From Gammaproteobacteria bacterium (lineage in GTDB: Bacteria; Pseudomonadota; Gammaproteobacteria; Eutrophobiales; Eutrophobiaceae), in NCBI GenBank assembly GCA_965198875.1, contig CBDAPU010000001.1, positions 495,134 to 559,133 of the forward strand: a stretch of DNA of 64,000 nucleotides, in the 5' to 3' direction. Positions 22,503 to 33,173 of this stretch are shown here, in pieces. A program made the translations under genes and the position numbers. Below the pieces are notes generated by a model, which saw only the letters and a list, made by a program, of their open reading frames with translations, had not been told where the DNA came from and made no database searches. Numbering within the stretch: the stretch's first letter is position 1; each line of letters opens with the position of its first letter.

Positions 22503-23237
22503 CTAGGCGGCGGAGAACTCCATTTTCACGCCGGCGAGTTCAATTAGATCGCTGTCGTTTAGTTGATAGGCCTTAACACCGATGGGCTCACCGTTGACGG
22601 TGGGATAGCGCCTGCCGTCACCATCGCTTTCGATATGGGTGAGAAAGTATCCCTGTGGTCGTCGGGAAATAACGGCCACCTGCGTGCCGGGTTTGCCTAA
22701 TGTGATCAACGCCTTGGTGAGCTCCAGCTCTTTACCCGCTATGGGGCCGTTCAACACAGTAAGGCGACCCAGCGGCATGCCGCCACCAGTGGCAGTGGCG
22801 CCACCACCGACCGGAGGGGGCGGGGCGGCCTCTGCGGCAGCGCCGGCTTTTTCTGCGGCCTGGGCGGCGGCAACCGCAGCGCTGGCGGAGCCGGGTTTGA
22901 TGATCATGGTCTTTTCAAACTCATCATCATCATCGTCATCATCGGTGGCGTTTTCGTTTATATATTTGAGCTCATGTTTGCCGATGGCGACAACATCACC
23001 GTCTTTCAGGGCATGTTTTTTGACCAGTTTGCCGTTCACATAGGTGCCATTTGTGCTACCCAGGTCTTCCAGGAAGGAGTCATCGAGGATGCTGATCACC
23101 AGCGCGTGTTTACCGCTGACGGCAAGATTATCAATAGTGATGTCGTTTTCGGCCTTTCGCCCTATGGTGAGCCGCTCTTTGCTGAGCTCATATTCACCCT
23201 GGACGACGCCATTTAAGCTTAAAACCAACTTGGCCAT
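22503..23237 (-). CDS. FHA-domain protein (N-terminal FHA, acidic and Ala/Pro/Gly linker, second FHA-like C-terminal domain)
   Basis: N-terminal LTIGRKAENDITIDNLAVSGKHALV...GSTNGTYVNGKLV is a classic FHA pattern. D7 run and A/P/G-rich linker. The C-terminal ITLGKPGTQVAVISRRPQGYFL...TVNGEPI segment is FHA-like. Confidence 0.8.
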   Translation of the reverse strand: MAKLVLSLNGVVQGEYELSKERLTIGRKAENDITIDNLAVSGKHALVISILDDSFLEDLGSTNGTYVNGKLVKKHALKDGDVVAIGKHELKYINENATDDDDDDDEFEKTMIIKPGSASAAVAAAQAAEKAGAAAEAAPPPPVGGGATATGGGMPLGRLTVLNGPIAGKELELTKALITLGKPGTQVAVISRRPQGYFLTHIESDGDGRRYPTVNGEPIGVKAYQLNDSDLIELAGVKMEFSAA

Positions 23238-23289
23238 TGTAGTTTTGCCCTGTTTCCCCTGACTTTAGAAAAGGCGATTCAATGTTTTT

Positions 23290-24096
23290 TTACCCCTCCC
23301 CGGATGAGGAGAAGGTTTCCTGAACCCGGATGAGTATGACGGAGATGTTGTCTTTTCCCCCTTTTTCGTTTGCTTTTCGCACCAACTCCCGAGCCACCTG
23401 TAGAAGATTAGCACTATATTTACTTAGGGTTAAGTGAATTTCCTCATCATCTACCATATCATTTAATCCATCAGAGCACAGCAAGTAAATATCGCCCACC
23501 TGCACCGCCTCCTCCAGCACATCCACTTCCACTGTCTCCTCAATGCCCAGGGCCCGTGTTACCAGGTTTTTGGGGGTGTTGGCGATGGCCTCCTCAGGGG
23601 TATAGACGCCTTTGTCGATCAGCTCCTGAATGAGCGAGTGATCTTTGGTCACTTGCGAGAGAGTACCGCCCCTTTTGCGATACAGGCGTGAATCACCCAC
23701 ATAGGCCACTGTGATCATGTTATCGTGAAACAGGCAGGCGACAATGGTCGTGCCCATGCCCTGACACTCGGCGTCACTCTCGGCGGTGTTGTAAATATTG
23801 GCATTGGCTTGAACGACCGCTTTTTTGAGGATGTCTGATACCCCTGTTAAACCCGTACTGGCCTGTATCTGGCCGGTGTTGATGCGCTGGATCCCGGCCT
23901 TGATGTTATTGTAGGTCGTCATCACCGCTATGGCGCTGGCCACCTCCCCGGCCTTGTACCCCCCCATGCCATCGGCCAGTACCGCAACCCCCTCATCGAG
24001 ATTGCTCAAGGTGCTGTCTTCATTGTGTGGACGCCGCCGCCCCACATCCGAGATATTGGCGATGTCGATTTTCTCTGCCAGGCTCATCAAAGTCAT
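23290..24096 (-). CDS. PP2C-family Ser/Thr protein phosphatase
   Basis: RRPHNEDS, LADGMGGYKAGEVAS, LLCSDGL and GGKDNISV motifs. 268 aa. Confidence 0.88.
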   Translation of the reverse strand: MTLMSLAEKIDIANISDVGRRRPHNEDSTLSNLDEGVAVLADGMGGYKAGEVASAIAVMTTYNNIKAGIQRINTGQIQASTGLTGVSDILKKAVVQANANIYNTAESDAECQGMGTTIVACLFHDNMITVAYVGDSRLYRKRGGTLSQVTKDHSLIQELIDKGVYTPEEAIANTPKNLVTRALGIEETVEVDVLEEAVQVGDIYLLCSDGLNDMVDDEEIHLTLSKYSANLLQVARELVRKANEKGGKDNISVILIRVQETFSSSGEG

Positions 24097-24201
24097 GGGC
24101 TTCTATTGAATGACCGCTGTGGCTATTCTACCCCAGTCGTTTTTATCGGGGTTTTATTTGCGCCTTGAATGATGCCTTAACTGGAACAGGCGCCAAACAA
24201 T

Positions 24202-24227
24202 AATCCTTATAATAAACAAGGATTTTT
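24202..24227 (-). terminator. weak AT-rich hairpin, possible terminator downstream of the DUF4124 gene
   Basis: aatcctt (24202..24208) pairs with aaggatt (24218..24224) across a 9-nt loop, flanked by T/A runs on both strands. The stem is short and weak. Confidence 0.2.
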
Positions 24228-24341
24228 AGACACATCATACAGCAAAGTCTAGATTTTATATCATTATATTGCCTCTCAAGCCAGCGTGATATGTTGTTGG
24301 CCTTCGATCAGGCGTATTAAAAGAAGTGGGGTATGACCGGC

Positions 24342-24830
24342 TCATAGGGCATGACACCAATGCTCAACATCAGCCTGCGCCTTCGCCTCCGCTTTTTGTC
24401 GCTCAGCATCCGAATAGACATGGGGGTTATCGGGATCATCGGTTTGTTCGAATAAAAATCGGGCGTTTTGGGCGCCCGAAAGGTATGCTCTGGCGCGCTC
24501 GCAATTCGCCTTGCGCCTCTGTTGCGCCGCCCTCTCTTTCGCCTTTATTTCCCTGGCCTCGGCCCGCTCTTCACTGTAAACCTCCAAAAGCCTTTGTTGT
24601 TTTTTGCGACGTTCATTCAAAGCATTATCTCTGGGCGGCGCCCTCTCAACAGGGATCATCTCGGCGTCTTCTGATGGGGGTTTATCGCCGAAATGCACGC
24701 GACCCCTCTCATCCACCCACCTGTAGACCTCGGCGAAGCCTAAGCATGGATTGAGCAGGCAAACAAGCGTCAAGCGGATGATGTTTGATTTGAGTTCAGT
24801 TGAGTAGATCCGAGCGGACGATATCGGCAT
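24342..24830 (-). CDS. DUF4124-domain protein
   Basis: Signal-like N-terminus followed by VYRWVDERGRVHFGDKPP, the DUF4124 signature as I recall it. Charged coiled C-terminal half. Confidence 0.6.
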   Translation of the reverse strand: MPISSARIYSTELKSNIIRLTLVCLLNPCLGFAEVYRWVDERGRVHFGDKPPSEDAEMIPVERAPPRDNALNERRKKQQRLLEVYSEERAEAREIKAKERAAQQRRKANCERARAYLSGAQNARFLFEQTDDPDNPHVYSDAERQKAEAKAQADVEHWCHAL

Positions 24831-24918
24831 GATCGTCTCCCTGGCATGAATACGCCCTGGTTTTCAGTGTTGATGGGGTGTTAATAACAGGCAATCCATT
24901 TCAACAAACCATGCAGGA

Positions 24919-25242
24919 CTAACGCTGCAGGTGCTCGCGTTTGCCCTCTACCTCCTTCCAGTCGTTTGCATCGGCAGGGGCGTCCTTCATCTCGCTGATC
25001 ACCGGCCAGTCTTTGGAGAGCTCGGCATTTAAGGTGATAAACTCCTGCATATTTTCCGGGACATCGTCCTCGGACATAATGGCCTCTACCGGGCATTCCG
25101 GCTCACATAATGTGCAGTCGATACACTCGTCCGGGTCGATAACCAGCATATTCGGCCCCTCATGAAAGCAATCAACCGGGCACACTTCAACACAGTCTGT
25201 GTATTTGCATTTGATACAACCCTCGGTAACGATAAAAGGCAT
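24919..25242 (-). CDS. fdxA: ferredoxin, 7Fe (3Fe-4S/4Fe-4S) FdxA type
   Basis: [29 protein letters not shown]...[12 protein letters not shown]. 107 aa. Confidence 0.92.
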   Translation of the reverse strand: MPFIVTEGCIKCKYTDCVEVCPVDCFHEGPNMLVIDPDECIDCTLCEPECPVEAIMSEDDVPENMQEFITLNAELSKDWPVISEMKDAPADANDWKEVEGKREHLQR

Positions 25243-25350
25243 AAAATATCCTTAACAAACGTGATGGATTTATCTCTCGATCATACCGTGTTCCTGGCCG
25301 TTGAAAAAGAATAAAATGCCATTCTGAGAAGCTGATGTGGGTCTCTTAAA

Positions 25351-26283
25351 TCACCTGTCTTTGGCGATTAGCGCCAGCAAACCTTCCAGCGCACGCTGGC
25401 CACGGTGCATTTGCAGGATACGACAACCCTGCTCATTGAACAGGGCCTGAGCCTGGATTTGTACGTCATCGACCTGCTCGGGGTCCAGCAACAGGGTTAT
25501 TTGCCCTGCATCCACCTCATCGCATAGCAACTCTTTTATGCCAACAAGCCGTGTCAGTCTTGCGCGCAACTGGGCCGAGAGGGGTTTATCCAGGGTAAAG
25601 CTCAATCTCGCCTTCGCCCGGGCGAGCTCTGAGATGAGGCGGTTGGCCAGCAGTTTGCCTTTATCCAAGATCACCACACGGGTGCAGATCTCCTGTATTT
25701 CATAGAGATTATGGGAGCTGATGATGGTGGTGGTTGATGGCGAGCGGGTTTTTATGAACAGGCGTATGTCATTGGCTAGAACAGGGTCGAGCCCCGCCGT
25801 TGGCTCATCCAGTATGATCAATGCCGGATTGCCGATGAACGCCTGTAATATGGCGAGCCGTTTACGCTGACCATAACTCAGGGTTTCCGGTTTTTGTGAT
25901 GCGAACTCAATATCATTCAATGCGCCCAGCAGTGAGTTAATCTCATTGACCGCCTCCATTTTGTTTTTGCCCTGAAGCCGGGCGAAGTGAACCAGTTGGG
26001 AGAGGACCGGAACGCCTTTTTTGAAGTTCGCCTCTTGCAGTAAAACGCCCACTTTCCCCTGTATGTCAGGTGAAGACGGCGAGCGACCCAGCACGTTAAT
26101 GAAGCCGTGACTTTGTTTGAGGGCGCCGGATAGCAGGGATAAAAAAGTGGTTTTGCCGGCCCCGTTTTTTCCAACCAGGCCAATAATGCCGCCGGCGGGC
26201 AATGTTAAGGAGAGATCATCCAGCGCCCGGATCATGCCGTAATGCCGGGATAACCGCCGGGTTTCTATCACCGCTTCCATCAA
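25351..26283 (-). CDS. ABC transporter ATP-binding protein
   Basis: Walker A GKNGAGKTT, signature LSYGQRKRL, Walker B LIILDEPTAGLD. 310 aa. Confidence 0.88.
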   Translation of the reverse strand: MMEAVIETRRLSRHYGMIRALDDLSLTLPAGGIIGLVGKNGAGKTTFLSLLSGALKQSHGFINVLGRSPSSPDIQGKVGVLLQEANFKKGVPVLSQLVHFARLQGKNKMEAVNEINSLLGALNDIEFASQKPETLSYGQRKRLAILQAFIGNPALIILDEPTAGLDPVLANDIRLFIKTRSPSTTTIISSHNLYEIQEICTRVVILDKGKLLANRLISELARAKARLSFTLDKPLSAQLRARLTRLVGIKELLCDEVDAGQITLLLDPEQVDDVQIQAQALFNEQGCRILQMHRGQRALEGLLALIAKDR

Positions 26284-27104
26284 AGACCCCTGCGACTGAA
26301 AATGAACCAGGCAAGGCAGGCATAAACAACCCCATAAACTATTAACAACATCAACACCGGCATGACGGCGACAAGGTCGAGATTGATGAGGGCGGGTTTC
26401 AATACACTCGGCAATAAATAGATCAATACTGCACCGCCGTCAATGAGATGTCCAGCTAAAAATATCATGAACAACAAGGCGCAATAGGTCACGCCCCCGA
26501 GAAAAATAGAGCCGATCGCTGATCTCGTGAGCGCCGATATCATCGACATGAAAGATAACAACGCCGCTGCGTAAAGTAATAACTTGATCTCAATTTCAAT
26601 AAAATAATAAAACATGGCGATACCCGGCTCTTCCATCTGGGTAGCGCAGGCCACAGTAATGACTACTCCCATACCGATTAGCGCTAAGGAGATAAGTGCA
26701 AAAGAGCTGAGGTAGCGGCCGATAAACATCTCCAGCCGACTTGCGCGCGAATTGCAAAGGCGAAAAAACCCACCACCCAGATCAGATGAGAATTGATCGC
26801 AACCTGCGAGCAGCACAAATAACGGCATACCGATGAGATTGACGATCAGAAATAGGGACATGGCGGGTGGGTGGGCGAGAAACCGATCCATCGCGCCCTG
26901 ATATTCAAATACGGCGGCGAATAAGGCCAGCCCCTCGCCTTGCAGCCACATGGCCCCGGGTTGATCCAGTTTTGTCAGGAACCCGATCCAGCATAAAAAG
27001 TAGGGCATAAGAGGAAACAACCCTTTTAATCTGGTTAAAGAGTAACGAAGGTCAAACAGCAGTATGATCCCGATGCGAGACCAGCTCATGGCGGAGACAA
27101 GCAA
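26280..27104 (-). CDS. ABC transporter permease (ABC-2-like), substrate unknown
   Basis: 274 aa, very hydrophobic with ~6 TM helices. Overlaps the ATPase gene by 4 nt. Confidence 0.6.
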   Translation of the reverse strand: MLVSAMSWSRIGIILLFDLRYSLTRLKGLFPLMPYFLCWIGFLTKLDQPGAMWLQGEGLALFAAVFEYQGAMDRFLAHPPAMSLFLIVNLIGMPLFVLLAGCDQFSSDLGGGFFRLCNSRASRLEMFIGRYLSSFALISLALIGMGVVITVACATQMEEPGIAMFYYFIEIEIKLLLYAAALLSFMSMISALTRSAIGSIFLGGVTYCALLFMIFLAGHLIDGGAVLIYLLPSVLKPALINLDLVAVMPVLMLLIVYGVVYACLAWFIFSRRGL

Positions 27105-27131
27105 ACAGATAACGGCGCTATTCGCATGTGT

Positions 27132-29705
27132 TTATTGGTTTAATGCGTGCAGCCGATAGAGCAACGCCAGCGCTTCTTTGGGGGTGGTGGCGTCCGGGTC
27201 GTTCTCTTCCAGTAATGCTCGAATGCTGTCCTTCTGCTGTCTATCCGTCTGCTGAAACAGATCCGCTTGTGGTATGTCTTCAAGTAGATCCAGCGTGTTG
27301 TTTTCAATGACGTTGAGCTGATGGTTGGCCTGCTGGATCACCGGTGTCGGTATACCGGCGAGCCTGGCGACCTGGATCCCGTAGCTTCGATTGGTTGCGC
27401 CGGGTTTCACCCGGTGCAGAAAAATGATCTCATCATTGTGCTCAATGGCGTTAAGATGCACATTCTTGATGTTATTGATGAGCTCAGGTAATGCGGTCAA
27501 TTCAAAATAATGGGTCGCAAACAGGGTCAACGCCTTTATTTTATTCGCCAGATAAGCCGCACAGGCCCATGCCAGGGACATGCCGTCATAGGTACTGGTT
27601 CCACGACCAATCTCGTCAATTAACACCAGACTGTGCGCTGTTGCATTATTTAAGATATTGGCGGTTTCCACCATCTCCACCATGAAAGTAGATTGGCCGG
27701 TGGAGATGTCATCAGCGGCGCCGATGCGGGTGAAGATCCGATCGATTGGCCCCAGTACGGCCCTCTCTGCCGGGACAAAACTGCCGATGTGTGCAAGCAA
27801 CACGATAAGCGCAGTTTGTCGCATGTAGGTGGACTTGCCGCCCATATTCGGCCCGGTGATCAACAACATGCTGGTCTCAGCGTTAAGCGTGACGTCGTTG
27901 GCGATGAATGGTGTTGTTTGTAGTCGCTCAATAACAGCATGACGTCCTGCGATCATCTCAAGGCCGACGGTATCATTGAATTCGGGCCGATGATAATCCA
28001 GCACATCGGCGCGCTCGGCAAAGGAGGCCAGCACATCGATTTCACAAAGCGCCGATGCCAGCGTTTGCAATGCCCTCAGATCCGCACAGATCCGCTCCAG
28101 CAGTTGTTCGTATAAAAACTTCTCCCTCGCCAGGGCCTTCTCCTGTGCGCTCAGGATCTTATCTTCGAAGACTTTCAGCTCATCGGTAATGAAACGCTCG
28201 GCGGATTTCAGGGTTTGCCGACGATGATACTGTTTGGGGACTGCCGAGCTGTGTTGCCTTGAGACTTCTATGTAATAGCCATGTACACGGTTAAATCCGA
28301 CTTTCAGGCTGGCGATGCCGGTCCTCTGCTGTTCACGCTCTTCCAATGCGCCTAGAAATCGCCCGGCGTCAGCGCTGAGCTGGCGTAACCCATCGAGCTC
28401 ATCATCGAAGCCATCGGCGATGACCCCGCCATCACGCAGGCTGGTGGCGGGCATGTCCATTAAAGCGCTTTGCACATGTTGTTGTAGTGTTGAGAAGTCC
28501 GCTATCTGCTCATTGAGCGTTTGTAGATGAGGGCTACTGATCGCCGCCACTGTGGATTTTAAACCCGGAAGCTGACGTAGGGATGTGTGTAATTGTGCGA
28601 GGTCCACAGGGCGGGCGCTCTTCAATGCAATACGGGTGAGAATGCGTTCCAGATCACTGATCTGTTTCAGCGACCCCCGCACTTCTCTATAAGCGCGGTT
28701 TTGCAACAGGGATCCCACCACATCATGCCGAAGTCGCAACGTTTGCTGATCACGTATCGGCCGGTTCAACCAACGTTTTAACAGGCGACTGCCCATCGCC
28801 GTGCTGGTCGAGTTCAGCACGTTGAAGAGGCTGTGATCTTTTTTGCCCGAGAGCCCCTGCTCCAGCTCGAGGTTACGACGGGTGATCCCATCGAGAATAA
28901 TACTCTCGGAGCGGCGCTCAACTTTTATATGTTGCAAATGCAGTAACGCTGCGCTCTGTGTTTCATTGACGTATTTTAACAAGGCGCCGGCCGCCGAGAC
29001 CGCCAGCGGCAAGTCCTTGCAACCCAGCCCGCTGAGGGCTTTGATCTGATATTGTTGCTTGATGAGATTCGCCGCCGCCGCATAGTCGAAATCCCAACCA
29101 GGACGGCTAACGATACGGCTACAAACCGCCTTTAGCTGATCTCTCATCTGCATATCTTCACAGATCAACAATTCCGCCGGTTTGAGACGTTGTAACTCAT
29201 CATGCATGGCGCCTCGGCTTGAAGTCTGCATGAGCACAAACCGGCCATCGGACACATTCAAACTGGCGATGCCCTGCTCGTTTTCATCCATAAAGATGCA
29301 GACCAGCAGATTATCCCTGCTCTCCTCCAGTAATGCCGCATCCGTCACCGTGCCGGGCGTGACGATGCGAACGACCTTGCGCTCTACCGGGCCTTTTGCA
29401 AGGGCCGGGTCGCCAATTTGCTCACATATCGCCACCGACTCACCCAGGCGAATCAATCTGGCCAGATAGGGATCAACAGCATGATGGGGCACGCCCGCCA
29501 TCGGTATGGCCTCCCCGGCGGATCTGCCCCTGGAGGTGAGTGTGAGATCGAGCAGTCGAGCGATTTTGCGGGCGTCCTCAAAGAAGAGCTCATAGAAATC
29601 GCCCATACGAAAGAACAGCAAAATATCCGGGTAGTCGGCCTTAAAACCCAGGTACTGTTGCATAACCGGGGTATGTCGCTTGTTGATCTCTAAAGGGGCG
29701 GACAT
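27132..29705 (-). CDS. mutS: DNA mismatch repair protein MutS
   Basis: [13 protein letters not shown]-terminus and a [13 protein letters not shown] Walker A. ATG 29705 is the third codon of the tracked ORF (which begins with TTG at 29711). Confidence 0.97.
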   Translation of the reverse strand: MSAPLEINKRHTPVMQQYLGFKADYPDILLFFRMGDFYELFFEDARKIARLLDLTLTSRGRSAGEAIPMAGVPHHAVDPYLARLIRLGESVAICEQIGDPALAKGPVERKVVRIVTPGTVTDAALLEESRDNLLVCIFMDENEQGIASLNVSDGRFVLMQTSSRGAMHDELQRLKPAELLICEDMQMRDQLKAVCSRIVSRPGWDFDYAAAANLIKQQYQIKALSGLGCKDLPLAVSAAGALLKYVNETQSAALLHLQHIKVERRSESIILDGITRRNLELEQGLSGKKDHSLFNVLNSTSTAMGSRLLKRWLNRPIRDQQTLRLRHDVVGSLLQNRAYREVRGSLKQISDLERILTRIALKSARPVDLAQLHTSLRQLPGLKSTVAAISSPHLQTLNEQIADFSTLQQHVQSALMDMPATSLRDGGVIADGFDDELDGLRQLSADAGRFLGALEEREQQRTGIASLKVGFNRVHGYYIEVSRQHSSAVPKQYHRRQTLKSAERFITDELKVFEDKILSAQEKALAREKFLYEQLLERICADLRALQTLASALCEIDVLASFAERADVLDYHRPEFNDTVGLEMIAGRHAVIERLQTTPFIANDVTLNAETSMLLITGPNMGGKSTYMRQTALIVLLAHIGSFVPAERAVLGPIDRIFTRIGAADDISTGQSTFMVEMVETANILNNATAHSLVLIDEIGRGTSTYDGMSLAWACAAYLANKIKALTLFATHYFELTALPELINNIKNVHLNAIEHNDEIIFLHRVKPGATNRSYGIQVARLAGIPTPVIQQANHQLNVIENNTLDLLEDIPQADLFQQTDRQQKDSIRALLEENDPDATTPKEALALLYRLHALNQ

Positions 29706-30371
29706 CTTCAATCAGTGGCGATGTTTAGTGATTTGCCGACATCGGGATAGCTCAGGTTCAACATGCGCTTCGGGTTTATCTTCACCTTGCATCGTATCAA
29801 GTATGCCTGTAGGGATATGATTGCCCCTTCTATTTAGCGGACTGCTTTTATCTCCCTATCATCTTAGCGCATTAAAGCTGTTCGCCGCCTGTCTTAATTG
29901 CAAGATGTATATATTAAAGGCGAGGCCCGGCTGGGAGCAGATAAAAAATACCGATTCTGTTCAAGTTAGGGCATACACGGGGTGTGGGACTGGGGCGTAT
30001 TCGGTTTTAGTCGGCAACGACCAACACCATCGCAGTCATAGGCGCCGCCACCTTGAATGCGGACATTTTCAACATTCTCGCCATGAGCGGCACGATTAGG
30101 AACAGTGGCGCCGGAATACAGGCTGTGGCGGCTTGAAACTCCGTCATGGCCTGTCCTGATTGTTGTTTCCCGTCATCATCAGCGAAAACCAAACCACTCC
30201 ATAAACGACCCAGACACACTGGAGAGCACATTAGCGAGTTTAACACCGCTGCCCGCATACACGCCCTGTTGCAACGCCCGCACATCGGCGGCGGCAGGCG
30301 CAACAGGTTTGCGGCTTTATACATACAAGCAACTGATTTTATCAGGCACTACCAGGATTTTTCGCTGTTGT

Positions 30372-30401
30372 CCTTGAAAATGTGCATGCTCGGCCATAGA
30401 T
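30372..30401 (+). promoter_or_regulatory. candidate sigma32 (heat-shock) promoter of htpG
   Basis: CCTTGAAA (30372..30379), a 14-nt spacer, then CCATAGAT (30394..30401). This compares with the sigma32 consensus CTTGAAA-N13-15-CCCCATNT. It lies ~38 nt upstream of ATG 30439. Confidence 0.45.
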
Positions 30402-30438
30402 AAGGCGGGTTTAAGCAATAGCCATTTGTGGGGATAAC

Positions 30439-32322
30439 ATGACGGTAGATACCAGGAAAGAGGCGCTGGGTTTTCAAACCGAGGTGCAGCAGTTGCTGGA
30501 TCTCATGATCCATTCTCTGTATAGCAATGAGGAGATTTTCCTGCGGGAGCTGATCTCCAACGGCTCGGATGCGGCGGACAAGCTCCGCTTTGAGGGGCTT
30601 CAGGATGAGGGGCTGTTTGAGGATGATCCTGATCTCAAGATCAGGGTGGAATATAACAAGGCACAAAAAACCATCAGCGTGCTGGATAACGGTATTGGCA
30701 TGTCCAGAGAAGAGGTGATCGATAATCTGGGCACGATCGCCAGATCCGGGACAAAGCAGTTTTTTGAGTCATTAAGCGGCGATCAGGGCCGGGACTCCCA
30801 GCTCATCGGGCAGTTCGGTGTGGGTTTCTATGCGACCTTCATTGTGGCGGAAAAAGTCGAGGTGGTGACACGGCGGGCAGGCAGGCCCAGGACGGAGGGG
30901 GTGCGCTGGATCTCCGATGGCAAGGACGAATACACGGTTGAGACCCTGGACAGACCAAGGCGCGGCACCAAAGTGACCTTGTACCTGCGTGAGCGGGCAC
31001 AGGAGTTCCTTGATGGCTTTAAGTTACGCGCTATCATCAATAAATACTCCGATCATATCTCGCTACCCATCGTTATGCCCAAAGAGGGGAAAGAGGAAAG
31101 CGGCGATGAGACCGTCAATTCAGCGACGGCGCTGTGGACCAGGAACAAGCAGGACGTCACCCGGGAGGAGTACGATGCCTTTTATAAAAACATCTCCCAT
31201 GATTTTGACGGCCCGCTGGGCTATATCCATAATAAGGTAGAGGGGAAACTCGAATACACCAGCCTGCTGTTTATCCCCGGGCGGGCGCCCTTTGATCTCT
31301 GGGACAGGGAGCAGCGACATGGCGTGAAGCTGTATGTCAGGCGCATTTTTATTATGGATGATGCGAAACAACTACTGCCGCCTTACCTGCGTTTTGTAAA
31401 AGGTATCGTCGATACGGATGATCTGCCGCTGAATATATCCCGGGAGATCCTGCAACAGAACAACACCATCGACAGTATTCGCTTCGGCTGTACCAGGAAG
31501 GTGCTGGATTTCCTGCAGAAGATGGCGGACACCCGGGCGGATGATTACAGCACGTTCTGGAAGACGTTTGGCCGGGTCTTGAAGGAAGGGGTGATCGACG
31601 CCCGTGATAAACGGGAAGACATCGCCAGATTATTTCGCTTCAAGTCGACGCAACAGGATACCGAGGAGGAGAGGATCTCACTGGATGATTACCTGGCCCG
31701 GATGAAGGAGGGACAAAAAGCCATTTACTACGTCACCTCAGAGAACTACGCAACAGCAAAAAGCAGCCCCCATCTTGAGATATTTAAGAAAAAAGATATT
31801 GAGGTGCTGCTTTTGACCGACACCATTGATGAGTGGCTGGTTAGCCACTTAACCGAGTATGCGAAAACGCCATTGCAGTCGGTGAATAAGGGTGAGCTGG
31901 ATCTAGGTGGGCTTGAGGATGAGAAAAAAGAAGCTGACGGGGAAGCTGAAGATAAACTGGATGAGTTGACCGGGCGTATCCAGCAGGCGCTGGGTGAGAA
32001 GGTCAAGGCGGTGCGGGTAACCCATCGATTAACTGACTCCCCCGCCTGCCTGGTGTCCGATGAACATGACATGGGACGTCATCTTGAGCAGATACTCAAG
32101 GCCTCAGGCCAGGAGATCAGTACCGCAAAACCGGTACTGGAGATCAACCCGGGGCATCCCATTATCAATAAACTGAAACAGGAAGCCGATGATGAGCGGT
32201 TCCATGACTTATCGAATATCATTTTCGATCAGGCCCTGCTCAGTGAAGGCGGGCAACTAACCGATCCGGCCAGTTTCGTGCAGCGGTTAAACAACATGTT
32301 GCTTGAGTTAGCGGATGGTTAG
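30439..32322 (+). CDS. htpG: molecular chaperone HtpG (Hsp90)
   Basis: FQTEVQQLLDLMIHSLYSNEEIFLRELISNGSDAADKLRF N-terminal ATPase motif. 627 aa. Confidence 0.97.
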   Translation: MTVDTRKEALGFQTEVQQLLDLMIHSLYSNEEIFLRELISNGSDAADKLRFEGLQDEGLFEDDPDLKIRVEYNKAQKTISVLDNGIGMSREEVIDNLGTIARSGTKQFFESLSGDQGRDSQLIGQFGVGFYATFIVAEKVEVVTRRAGRPRTEGVRWISDGKDEYTVETLDRPRRGTKVTLYLRERAQEFLDGFKLRAIINKYSDHISLPIVMPKEGKEESGDETVNSATALWTRNKQDVTREEYDAFYKNISHDFDGPLGYIHNKVEGKLEYTSLLFIPGRAPFDLWDREQRHGVKLYVRRIFIMDDAKQLLPPYLRFVKGIVDTDDLPLNISREILQQNNTIDSIRFGCTRKVLDFLQKMADTRADDYSTFWKTFGRVLKEGVIDARDKREDIARLFRFKSTQQDTEEERISLDDYLARMKEGQKAIYYVTSENYATAKSSPHLEIFKKKDIEVLLLTDTIDEWLVSHLTEYAKTPLQSVNKGELDLGGLEDEKKEADGEAEDKLDELTGRIQQALGEKVKAVRVTHRLTDSPACLVSDEHDMGRHLEQILKASGQEISTAKPVLEINPGHPIINKLKQEADDERFHDLSNIIFDQALLSEGGQLTDPASFVQRLNNMLLELADG

Positions 32323-32337
32323 TAAAAAATCGTTGTC

Positions 32338-33012
32338 ATGATGGAAAAGCATCGAATAGAGGGTGAGACAGCGTTAAAAGCCTGGATAGACCAGAATGAA
32401 AAAGAAGGGCTGATCATAAATTCATATCCTCGTGGTTTTAGCCGTCAATATGCCATTCTACATAGGTCAACATGCAAATCGTTTCGCGATACTGGAAGTT
32501 CAATGACGACCTATTCAAAATACTGTTTTCCAGATGTTCAGAAGTTGATAGATGCACTGGTTAAAGAGAACCTGAGTTTGAGTGACCTTAAAGCAGGATG
32601 CCCCAAGTGCTCTGTGAAAAGAATACTCCCGACCCATGATCGTGAAGAGTTGGCACATCGGGTTGATGCTTTGTTGAAAAAAGGCCCCATGGAAAGGCCT
32701 GTTGGGAATAAAAAACCCTTGAAAACAGACGTGATTGGTACGTCATTTATCCGTGATCCATCGGTAGTAACCTGGGTGCGGCAGCGGGCTCAAGGCAAGT
32801 GTGAGCTTTGTGGGAATGATGCGCCGTTTATGGGTAAATCAGGTCTGCCATATCTTGAAGTGCATCACCTTGTATATTTGTCACAAGGTGGCGAAGATAC
32901 GGTCAAAAATTGTGCGGCACTATGCCCGAATTGCCACCGGGCAGCTCATCATTCATGTGAACCCCAGAATATTTTCGATACATTAAAAGACATAATCAGA
33001 ACGAAGCATTGA
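32338..33012 (+). CDS. HNH endonuclease-domain protein (McrA-like C-terminal nuclease, unknown N-terminal domain)
   Basis: C-terminal CELCGNDAPFMGKSGLPYLEVHHLVYLSQGGEDTVKNCAALCPNCHRAAHH. Hand-counted GC of three 60-nt lines (32401..32580) is 38-40%, versus 55% for one htpG line (32041..32100). Confidence 0.8.
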   Translation: MMEKHRIEGETALKAWIDQNEKEGLIINSYPRGFSRQYAILHRSTCKSFRDTGSSMTTYSKYCFPDVQKLIDALVKENLSLSDLKAGCPKCSVKRILPTHDREELAHRVDALLKKGPMERPVGNKKPLKTDVIGTSFIRDPSVVTWVRQRAQGKCELCGNDAPFMGKSGLPYLEVHHLVYLSQGGEDTVKNCAALCPNCHRAAHHSCEPQNIFDTLKDIIRTKH

Positions 33013-33173
33013 ATGTTTTGAAGGTAAGCGGTAGACGGGTCACTGCGTTGCTTACATTTTACCGGGCATGAGCAATCACAGCAGAAGCGCAGTATGTGCT
33101 GGGCCGTAAACTTGTATTTATTCCTCATTAGTATTTAGAATGCCCGTGCATACGCACACCGGCTACAGGCTAA

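Noticed and set aside
22639-23262. Plus-strand ORFs of 72-134 aa
   Set aside because: They are antisense to the FHA gene. Their composition mirrors the Ala/Pro/Gly and poly-Asp linker.
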